Source: Promethearchaeota archaeon (GTDB taxonomy: Archaea > Asgardarchaeota > Lokiarchaeia > Sigyniarchaeales > SOKP01). From it: DNA of 32,000 nucleotides. The stretch is taken from contig JAUWGH010000005.1 in NCBI GenBank assembly GCA_030606485.1, positions 1 through 32,000 on the forward strand, given 5' to 3'. Numbering within the stretch: position 1 is the stretch's first letter; every line of letters begins with the position of its first letter. A model generated the notes under the pieces. It ran no database searches. It worked only from the letters and a program-made list of their open reading frames with translations, and was not told the DNA's origin. Below are positions 8,437 through 15,962 of the stretch, one piece after another. The translations under genes were made by a program, and so were the position numbers.

Positions 8437-8587
8437 TTGAAATCTATAAATTTTGTTTTTGACTTATAATTAAATTTTCTACAAATTCACTTAGATTAAA
8501 AAAAATAAACTTATTCAGGTTAATAAGTGACCAAATTCCAACTTATCAAACACAATAAGCACGAATATATCAATTTATAGATTTCAA
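8437..8587. repeat. 151-bp element bounded by perfect 16-bp inverted repeats (MITE / inverton / structured RNA candidate)
   Basis: TTGAAATCTATAAATT (8437-8452) is the exact reverse complement of AATTTATAGATTTCAA (8572-8587). Two internal ACTTAT-N7-AATAAG units at 8509 and 8541. No clear target-site duplication. Confidence 0.6.
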
Positions 8588-8603
8588 TAGGGGTAATGAT
8601 ATT

Positions 8604-9371
8604 TTATGAAGAACTATGAGGTTTATAACTCAATTCGGGGTAAGTTTTAACTAATACTTCATCAAATTTCATTACTACTTGAAGTACAATTTCCCAAGCT
8701 TTATTTTTTATTTCTTTAGTAATTTGTAATTTATCCCCTAATCCTAGTTTCAAACTAGGTTCTTGAACTTTTTTAAGAAAACTCCGGGTTATCGTTCCAT
8801 CTCCATGAGCAAATAAATTTCTTAACTGCTTAAAATCGTTAAGAGCCATTATTTCATCTTCGGTAATTCCATGTCTTAAACCTAGTTTTTCTCTAACAAA
8901 TTTCTCGAATATATCTGAAAAATTAGTGCGAAATTGTTTTAGAGCTATTTCCTCTGCTTTTTCATCGAGTATTAAATCAAAATCTTTATTATTTTCAAGA
9001 ATTTTTTGAATAGTTAGTGTATTTTCTTTTAATATATCTGGTTCAATCATTAAAACAGATTTAAAACACTTAAAAAAATATTGTTCCATCTGAGAATAAA
9101 CAAATAATATGTAGTGTTGATTTTGAAATTCTTTAAAATCTAAAGGAGTTTCTTGGCCTTCTTTATACCATCCTACAACTAATTCAACATCCTTCTTACC
9201 TCTTACACCTTCCAATTCTTTAATTATATATCCATAAGCCTCTTCTAATTTCTCGAAATCCTCTTTTAGATGGTTTTCCACAAACCACTGCAACGATACA
9301 AAATGCTCATATCTATCTAAAAACTCAAAAAAAATTTTTGAAGGTGGCAAAAAGCTTTTAGATTTAACCAT
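8604..9371 (-). CDS. Stand-alone HEPN domain protein (predicted ribonuclease)
   Basis: DFKQLRNLFAHGDG gives an RxxxxH motif followed by xxG in an all-helical 255-aa protein. Confidence 0.75.
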   Translation of the reverse strand: MVKSKSFLPPSKIFFEFLDRYEHFVSLQWFVENHLKEDFEKLEEAYGYIIKELEGVRGKKDVELVVGWYKEGQETPLDFKEFQNQHYILFVYSQMEQYFFKCFKSVLMIEPDILKENTLTIQKILENNKDFDLILDEKAEEIALKQFRTNFSDIFEKFVREKLGLRHGITEDEIMALNDFKQLRNLFAHGDGTITRSFLKKVQEPSLKLGLGDKLQITKEIKNKAWEIVLQVVMKFDEVLVKTYPELSYKPHSSS

Positions 9372-9519
9372 ATTTTTTATTACCTTATTTAAAATTTGAT
9401 ATTTTAAGATTTTATATTCGAGAAAAAAAAAATACTATTCTATTTAATAAATCTAACTCTATCGATATTAAAAGTATATTCAAATCTTCACTTCATTTTT
9501 TAGTGATTAAGATAATTCA

Positions 9520-10341
9520 TTATCTAAATATGCTCCAAAAACTATTAGGAACTTGTGTATTAGTTGGAAAGAATTTAATAGTATTAGATCCTAAATTTGG
9601 GTATTTATAGAATCTAGGAGCAATAAATTTCATAAGATCAGTAGAGTATTGATGAAAAAATGCTTTAGGATTTAGACCATATACTTTTCGTGTATACCAC
9701 CGAATTAAATATACCACTGCATCAGCAATTTGTACACCATTACGAAGTTCCGAACTTACTATAAACGGTGTGTTTATTATTTGTTCAGGATATTCCTCCC
9801 ATCCATGACCAGTTCCTCGAGTCATAAATTCAACAATTTGGTTACGTTTCTCATTATCAGTCTTCATATCTACCGAATCCATCACTAATAATCCGAATTC
9901 ATCAGAACCATCTTCTCTTACATAACGATTTATTCTTTCCACTAAGAGTTCAAATGCCCATTTGGAAAGATCGCTATGATAGAGTTTATAAAAATCTTCT
10001 TTTATTATTATTACAGCCATTATTTTTATAAACAACCCTGAAATTAACATATAAATCTTATTAACAACTTCATACCACTTTTTATCATCATTTCTTAAAC
10101 TTTTATAATATCCCCTTTTATTATTGATATGATCCATGTGAATTTCAAATTTATGAGGAATATCGTCAGAATCATTTTTGCTTTTAATTAATTGCCAAAT
10201 CTCTTGTTTAACCTTAGTGCTTTCGGTATTTAAATAATTCAACCCTTTTTCTTGCATAACAACCGCAGCAAGAACGAAAACTTTATTATTTACATCTTTA
10301 GGATCTGGAGTTCCCGATTCATCAATATAAGCAAAATACAT
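9520..10341 (-). CDS. DUF3800 family protein (RNase H-like fold, predicted nuclease)
   Basis: N-terminal YIDESG, central LVMD, C-terminal GVQIADAVVY: the three conserved acidic motifs of DUF3800. Confidence 0.9.
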   Translation of the reverse strand: MYFAYIDESGTPDPKDVNNKVFVLAAVVMQEKGLNYLNTESTKVKQEIWQLIKSKNDSDDIPHKFEIHMDHINNKRGYYKSLRNDDKKWYEVVNKIYMLISGLFIKIMAVIIIKEDFYKLYHSDLSKWAFELLVERINRYVREDGSDEFGLLVMDSVDMKTDNEKRNQIVEFMTRGTGHGWEEYPEQIINTPFIVSSELRNGVQIADAVVYLIRWYTRKVYGLNPKAFFHQYSTDLMKFIAPRFYKYPNLGSNTIKFFPTNTQVPNSFWSIFR

Positions 10342-10805
10342 AAGAATAAATCAATATTTTTAATATTTGATGTACTGATAAGGATACTATTATTAATTAT
10401 CAATTAACAAATAAATTCCTTATGATTTTGATGACATTCCAAATATAATAATAAACGATCTTAAATTTCTAATTAAGCTAAATATAAGTTTAAAGTCACA
10501 AGAGAATTTTGCTTACAAAATCAAATTGAAGGAATAACTTGGTTTAACGGAATTATAGAAGTTTTAATACATTTAGTTAAAGAAAAAATGACTGAGCCAA
10601 ACACTACAACCTATAAAAGAGACTGCAAAGATCGAATCTATTAGAAGATATAGAAGGTTGTCTTAACAAATTTTTTCCAATTATAAGCCTCAAAAAAGTA
10701 ATCCGAAAAGTAAAGGCTGATCAAGAGATAAGGCACTATATGATGAAATTAAAAGTAGCTAGCAATTATATATAATCTTAATTTTATAGAGATATTGAAG
10801 AAATT

Positions 10806-11645
10806 ATGAGTGAAAAAAATCTAGAATTAGCAAAAAAAATTTTACAGCAAGATGTTAGTGCTAGTATTCATTTTTTTGAGAAAAACGATTTCATCTCAAT
10901 GAATATTGCTGCTAATCGATATTTAGAGAATTGCATAATATTTGATGATTATAGATTATGTCTTTCGGGTGTTTTTATTAAAGATATGGCTAATGATTAT
11001 ATTGGTATAATTAAACACCCTGATAAATCAAAGAAAATCAATTCAGCTAAAGCAATTGGAAAAATCTTTATCTCAAAGATTAAAGAATATTTTAAAGATT
11101 TGAAAGAAGAAAAATTATGGGAAGAATTTCACAAATATAATCTTAACATTAATGATTTTTTACGAGACGAAATGGATGCCCATTATCGTCGAAATCTTTC
11201 ATTTTCATCTCAATCTTTCAAATTCTTATTAAATTATCTTAAAAATAATATCAGTTATTTATATGTAATTAATAATAGATTTCTTGAAGGTATTAGTTCT
11301 ATTATGGTTAGAGTTATTAGAAATCATTCATTTACCATAAATGAATTGAAGATTTACTTATATATTAAATTTCTCGATTTATTATATCAATACCTTTATT
11401 ATGAAAATTTTAAGAATGATAGTTTAGATATTGAGAATATAAAAAAGGAATTACCTATATATCTTGAATATATTAAATCAATAAATGAAGAAAAGGATAT
11501 TGATGTTATCAATTTTGATAAAAGTTTGTGGCAAATAGTAAAAAAATGGAGAGAAATGTATATTTTTTATAGAAATATTCCAAGACAAACTAAAGAAGTA
11601 TTAATTCCTGTAGAAATGAAGAAAGATAAAAAAAATGAACAATAA
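10806..11645 (+). CDS. Hypothetical helical protein, first gene of a three-gene HEPN operon
   Basis: 279-aa ORF with no motif recognised; 19-bp gap to the next gene. Confidence 0.75.
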   Translation: MSEKNLELAKKILQQDVSASIHFFEKNDFISMNIAANRYLENCIIFDDYRLCLSGVFIKDMANDYIGIIKHPDKSKKINSAKAIGKIFISKIKEYFKDLKEEKLWEEFHKYNLNINDFLRDEMDAHYRRNLSFSSQSFKFLLNYLKNNISYLYVINNRFLEGISSIMVRVIRNHSFTINELKIYLYIKFLDLLYQYLYYENFKNDSLDIENIKKELPIYLEYIKSINEEKDIDVINFDKSLWQIVKKWREMYIFYRNIPRQTKEVLIPVEMKKDKKNEQ

Positions 11646-11664
11646 TAATTAATAAATAAAAAAA

Positions 11665-12243
11665 ATGAGCGATAATATTTTTTATCAGGATGCATCATCA
11701 GATATAAACGCTGAAGTAATATTACCAAATAAATCAAATTTTAATGAAATTCAAAGTACTTCAGCAATTTCTATAACTAAGGATGTTTCAATTATAAAAA
11801 ATGATGATTCATCTTCTCAAAAAGTTGTAATTATCGATTCTGACGACTCCCTAAAATTTAAAGAATCATTGATATTGAAATATGCACCTAAAATCTCGTT
11901 TGATAAGGATATTAAAGAAGAAATGTATCGAAATATTTCATTTAGGAAATTCATTAGTGAAATAGAAAATGGATTGTTTATATTCACAGAAATGCATAAT
12001 ATTTCGTTTGATGCAAAAATTTATTTTCAACAAGATTGGGAAGTTAAGGATTTAAAAACTATAATTCTTAAAATAAAGTTTCATAACATTCAATTTGAGG
12101 CGGAGTTATGGTTATGGGAAGAACTTTCTCACTTTATAAGAAAAATGTCGAAAATGGCTAAATTTTATGTTAATTCTAAAGAAGAAATTATAGATTTTGA
12201 GAATTATAATAAATTATTTTATATTGAAGTTGATTTAACATAG
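11665..12243 (+). CDS. Hypothetical protein, putative partner/antitoxin of the downstream HEPN
   Basis: 192 aa; its stop abuts the HEPN start (0-bp gap). Contains QDWEVKDLKTIILKIKF...ELWLWEEL; no GS...DxD MNT motif visible. Confidence 0.75.
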   Translation: MSDNIFYQDASSDINAEVILPNKSNFNEIQSTSAISITKDVSIIKNDDSSSQKVVIIDSDDSLKFKESLILKYAPKISFDKDIKEEMYRNISFRKFISEIENGLFIFTEMHNISFDAKIYFQQDWEVKDLKTIILKIKFHNIQFEAELWLWEELSHFIRKMSKMAKFYVNSKEEIIDFENYNKLFYIEVDLT

Positions 12244-12636
12244 GTGATATCTTTAACTAACAGCTTTAATCCAGAAATTTTTCTAGATATTGCAAAAAAA
12301 TTGTTAAACATAACAAAATTAGATGAAAAAGGAAGATTTAGAACATCTATAAGTAGAGCTTATTATTCAGCTTTTCTATTAACTAGAACGAGATTAGAAA
12401 GGAAAGGAATAAATTTTGGAACGGAGGCTCAGCACAAAGAAGTTAGAGAATACTTAAAAACGATTCACATGGATTATATGGCAGATCAATTGAAAACATT
12501 AGCGAATTGTAGAGTAGATGCAGATTATTATCTTGTTGATTCAATTAATAAATCAGTTAACAGATCACTCTGCAATAAATGTATCAAAATTGCGGAAACG
12601 ATTATCGGAAAAATAGAAGATATAAGAATTAAATAA
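12244..12636 (+). CDS. HEPN domain protein, UPF0332/COG1895-like
   Basis: FLDIAKKLL...RTSISRAYYSAF...QHKEV...LANCRVDADYY: the SRAYY and RxxADY motifs of this HEPN class. GTG start. Confidence 0.88.
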   Translation: MISLTNSFNPEIFLDIAKKLLNITKLDEKGRFRTSISRAYYSAFLLTRTRLERKGINFGTEAQHKEVREYLKTIHMDYMADQLKTLANCRVDADYYLVDSINKSVNRSLCNKCIKIAETIIGKIEDIRIK

Positions 12637-12761
12637 TAAATTATTAAAATGTTAAAACGTAGTTTATGCGTTTTTATACTATTTTCTTAATAAATCATTG
12701 AATTTTTAGATTTTTTACTTATTTCTATAAGTTGCAGTTATTTTTCTAAATTATAATTTTC

Positions 12762-13030
12762 AAAAAGATTTTATTTATTTTATATGAATTAACCGATGAA
12801 TTGAAAGAAAAAAACAGAAAACCACTGCGAGAAAAACATCTCCTCAGCATATTCCTAAATTTATAATACAAGCACCCCCCGATGGCATTCCTTATACATT
12901 TTCTAATAAGAAAGTTGAAATTGCTGTTACAAAAATAATCCATGGAATGGCAGTTACGAATAGAGGAGCGCTTAGAAACCCAGAATCTTTAGATTTCCAC
13001 GAAAAAATGAGAGAACAACTTCAAAACAGG
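12762..13030 (+). pseudogene. 3' remnant of an acetoacetyl-CoA synthetase (acetoacetate-CoA ligase) gene with a frameshift
   Basis: Frame A gives ...YELTDELKEKNRKPLREK. After a shift at the A5 run 12832-12836, frame B gives TSPQHIPKFIIQAPPDGIPYTFSNKKVEIAVTKIIHGMAVTNRGALRNPESLDF, matching the AACS C-terminal pattern SPRHVP...DIPxTxSGKxVExAVxxxxHGxxVxNxxALxNPEAL. Confidence 0.8.
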
Positions 13031-13088
13031 TATCTTTTTCTATTTTTTTATTTACTTTCTATAAATAAAAATAGTAATTATATTGATT

Positions 13089-13580
13089 TTATTCAGATTT
13101 TAATTTCTTAACTAAATTAATTGCAATCATTATTATTCTATCGCTTAAATAGGGTTTTTCTGTTTTCGTGAATTTAATTAAATCATCATCCAATAATTTA
13201 GGGTTATTATCTTTGAAGTATAAAATCGTTGAAATTGCTTGTAGTAAATCGGTTTTATATTTGAAATAAATGGGATGTAAAAAGATATTTTCTCGTATCT
13301 TATCCAAGATTTTGGTTTCATATTCTGTAAGCTTCATGTTTGTTTTTAAAGACATAATTAACTCTGGATTATTGTAATAATCATCAGTTAATTGAGGACA
13401 ATATGGTCCTTTCTTATAAAGTCCAAAATTATATTTCATTTTAACTCCTAGTGATTGAGATATAAAAGTTATTTTTTGAATCATAAGTCTATCTCTAAAA
13501 TTCTCATCGAATGTAGGATTATTCAAATGAAGTTTTAAATATTTAAAAATAGGAATAAGTTTTTCATAATCATTTACCAT
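13089..13580 (-). CDS. YwgA / SocA(DUF4065)-like winged-helix protein (possible antitoxin)
   Basis: RLMIQKITFISQSLGVKMKYNFGLYKKGPYCPQLTDDYY fits RxxxQKxxYxxxxxG...YxFxxYxxGPYSxxLxxD. Confidence 0.65.
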   Translation of the reverse strand: MVNDYEKLIPIFKYLKLHLNNPTFDENFRDRLMIQKITFISQSLGVKMKYNFGLYKKGPYCPQLTDDYYNNPELIMSLKTNMKLTEYETKILDKIRENIFLHPIYFKYKTDLLQAISTILYFKDNNPKLLDDDLIKFTKTEKPYLSDRIIMIAINLVKKLKSE

Positions 13581-13586
13581 TTTTTT

Positions 13587-13922
13587 TTAATCCACCATTT
13601 CTTTTAAAAAATCTATCCATTCAATAATTTTCTTCAAATTATTTTTTCCCAATTCATTAATCATAAAAATATGTAGCCTTTTTTGGTCAAGTTCAACTTT
13701 TATCTTTTTTATATATCCCATTTCAAGTAAAAAATCAAGATTTGACTGCAATTTTCCATCAGATATGTTTACAAATGTTTTTAATTCCCTAAATTGGAGT
13801 CCATCTTTATAAAAGCTGATAAGAAATAGAAGAATACATCTTGTTAAGTTAAATGCCTTAGAATTTATTTTTTTTGAATTTTCAATTAGACTTTCGATGA
13901 TATTATCTGAAACAATATTCAT
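13587..13922 (-). CDS. Winged-helix (ArsR/MarR-like) transcriptional regulator
   Basis: LQFRELKTFVNISDGKLQSNLDFLLEMGYI...INELGK is a wHTH pattern; 6 bp upstream of the YwgA-like gene (operon). Confidence 0.85.
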   Translation of the reverse strand: MNIVSDNIIESLIENSKKINSKAFNLTRCILLFLISFYKDGLQFRELKTFVNISDGKLQSNLDFLLEMGYIKKIKVELDQKRLHIFMINELGKNNLKKIIEWIDFLKEMVD

Positions 13923-13932
13923 ATTTCTATAT

Positions 13933-13953
13933 ATAATTTAAAATTTAAATTAT
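13933..13953. promoter_or_regulatory. Candidate autoregulatory operator of the wHTH gene
   Basis: Perfect 10-bp inverted repeat ATAATTTAAA-A-TTTAAATTAT, 11-31 bp upstream of the wHTH start. Entirely A/T, so its significance is modest. Confidence 0.35.
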
Positions 13954-14107
13954 TTAAACTATTTGTTTAACTTTGAAAACAAAAGTAAAATCCAAAGTTA
14001 TATGAATAATGATTTTCTATTGTATAATAAATATAATTTAAAAATTATATTATTGAATTTTATGAAATTTCTATTATTAAATAAAACCAAATAAAAGGTG
14101 AATTTTT

Positions 14108-14401
14108 ATCGGTAAACATCAAAATATAAAAGCAATAAGAAAGATAGAAAAAAGATTAGGTGCAAAAGAAAGATCTCAAGGTGTTGACTTTGTCGTTGGT
14201 GGCAATGCTTATGAATTTGCAGAAACTAAAGAAGATATTAGATCATCAATTGGACAACTAAATAAGAGTAGAGTTCCTTGCTCGAAAAAATTAATCATCC
14301 CAAACAATTTGGATAAATATGCTAGAGAAGTAACTCAAGGAACTGGAATTGGAATTGAAAATATATCAGGTAAAGTATTAAAAAGATCCAGAAGAAAATA
14401 G
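14108..14401 (+). CDS. Small PD-(D/E)XK-like nuclease-fold protein with ATC start (missed by ORF track)
   Basis: 97 aa: (M)GKHQNIKAIRKIEKRLGAKERSQGVDFVVGGNAYEFAETKEDIRSSIGQLNKSRVPCSKKLIIPNNLDKYAREVTQGTGIGIENISGKVLKRSRRK*. It shows D..., ExA and GQL motifs. SD-like AGGTG at 14096-14100, 7 nt before ATC; in-frame TGA at 14099-14101. Confidence 0.65.
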   Translation: MGKHQNIKAIRKIEKRLGAKERSQGVDFVVGGNAYEFAETKEDIRSSIGQLNKSRVPCSKKLIIPNNLDKYAREVTQGTGIGIENISGKVLKRSRRK

Positions 14402-14644
14402 CAGTTAAATGTATTGTCTCTATTAGGATGAGTATAATAAGGTCTTGTACAAACCCAATTTCTTCAAAATAATTGATGAATATAAATTTAATTATATAAA
14501 TTTTAGGTTAGTCATTTGAAAGAAATAAAAAAATTTCTTCAATGTAATTAATTAACTCTGCTTTAGATAATTTTTCTAATTCTTTATTCAACTGCCTTAA
14601 TCTATTATAAACTTCTTATATGATAAGTACAATAATAAAAATTT

Positions 14645-15793
14645 TTAAAAAGATTTGGTGAAATCTTCAATTCTCTCCATAGCGATTTTGAGATTTTTCA
14701 TAGAAGTAGCATAAGAAATCCTTAATTTATCATCGGAAAAGCTTCCAAAAATAGAACCTGGAACTATTGCCACTCCTTTTTCTTCAATAATTTTCTTTGA
14801 GAAATCATCTGAAGAAATTTTAAAATTTGAGATTCCAGGCATTATATAAAAAGCACCTTTCGGCTTCACCACATCAAACCCCATTTCACTTAATCTTTTA
14901 TAGCAAAATAACCTTCGAGTATTATAATCTTTTAAGATTTTTTCAAAGAATTGTATATCCATTTTTAAAGCCGCGATAAAACCGAACTGGGCGGCATGGT
15001 TTGTACCAGCGACAGTATATTGTTGATATTTTTCCATAAGTTCAATAATATGTGTAGGTGCTGCGACGTACCCCAAACGGATTCCTGTCGCTGAAAATAA
15101 CTTTGACATGGCATTAAGTGTTATTGTTCTTTCTTGCATTCCATTTAATGATGCAGGACTAATATGAATTGCATTATCATACAGATAATTTTCATAAACC
15201 TCATCGCATATTAGATATAAATCGTTTTCAATAACAATATCAACAATAGTTTCAATCTCTTTTTTTGTTAAAACATAACCGGTAGGGTTATTGGGAGAAT
15301 TAATAAGAATCGCTTTTGTTTTATCTGTAATCTTATCCTTTATATCATCAATATTGGGACTGAAATCTTCCTTTCTCTTGGACTCAATCACTTTAATCCC
15401 GTAAAATATGCCACAATAGAAATAAGAAATGAAATTAGGCGAACTCAAAATTAATTCATCGCCCGGATTAAATAGAGTAGCAAATGAAAAGGTGATTGCT
15501 TGAGATCCACCATTAGTCACAATTACATTATCAGGTCCAACATCTAAATTATTTACCCTTTTTAGTTTTTTAGCAATTAATTCGATTAACTCAGGTTGCC
15601 CTCGAGTGGGAGCATACATTGTGATTCCATCCTCTAATGCTTTTATATTTGCCTTGATAATTGGTTCTGGTGTCCTAAAATCAGGTTGCCCTATTCCCAG
15701 ACTAATGACATCTTTTCTGCCGGCTGCGATGTTAAACAATTCCCGTATCTGAGATCTGGGGGCTAAGTTTACTTTTTTGGATAATTCTTTCAT
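14645..15793 (-). CDS. PLP-dependent aminotransferase class I/II (aspartate aminotransferase-like)
   Basis: LGIGQPDF, INSPNNPTG, DEVY, SKLFSATGIRLG (PLP lysine). Confidence 0.95.
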   Translation of the reverse strand: MKELSKKVNLAPRSQIRELFNIAAGRKDVISLGIGQPDFRTPEPIIKANIKALEDGITMYAPTRGQPELIELIAKKLKRVNNLDVGPDNVIVTNGGSQAITFSFATLFNPGDELILSSPNFISYFYCGIFYGIKVIESKRKEDFSPNIDDIKDKITDKTKAILINSPNNPTGYVLTKKEIETIVDIVIENDLYLICDEVYENYLYDNAIHISPASLNGMQERTITLNAMSKLFSATGIRLGYVAAPTHIIELMEKYQQYTVAGTNHAAQFGFIAALKMDIQFFEKILKDYNTRRLFCYKRLSEMGFDVVKPKGAFYIMPGISNFKISSDDFSKKIIEEKGVAIVPGSIFGSFSDDKLRISYATSMKNLKIAMERIEDFTKSF

Positions 15794-15962
15794 TAAACAT
15801 CAAAATAATTTTAATTTAATAATCGATTTTTAAAATCATACAAAAATACACAATCTCAATATAATTTCTCGCTATTAGAGATTATTTTTATAATACAAAA
15901 AACGTTTTTTTAAATATTAATTTTCTTAACATCTTTTGGAGAATTTAAATTCGAATTTAATT

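Larger units (their letters stand above)
1..14401. other. Accessory / putative defence island (left boundary outside window)
   Basis: Clusters at least seven predicted nuclease genes of several folds, toxin-antitoxin-like pairs, truncated genes and long AT-rich spacers. Housekeeping genes resume at 14645. No integrase or transposase seen in the window. Confidence 0.7.

Noticed and set aside
8509-8560. Xer/dif-like recombination sites
   Set aside because: dif has ATAA-N6-TTAT inner arms; these units have the opposite polarity (TTAT...ATAA) and lack 11-bp arms.
4187-9432. Phase variation at A/T homopolymers (A12 at 4187-4198, A11 at 5457-5467, T10 at 7561-7570, A10 at 9423-9432)
   Set aside because: Such runs are expected in DNA this AT-rich, and most are at gene ends or intergenic where slippage would have little effect.
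5560-10341. Integron-like cassette array (co-oriented genes with 150-220 bp spacers; the Schlafen gene is flanked by GTTAGTA just before its ATG and GACTAAC at its stop, resembling attC R'/R'')
   Set aside because: No L'/L'' boxes or closing GTTRRRY at a suitable distance, the other genes lack such flanks, the spacers share no repeat, and there is no integrase in the window.
12746-12943. Track ORF of 65 aa on the minus strand
   Set aside because: Antisense shadow of the acetoacetyl-CoA synthetase remnant on the plus strand.
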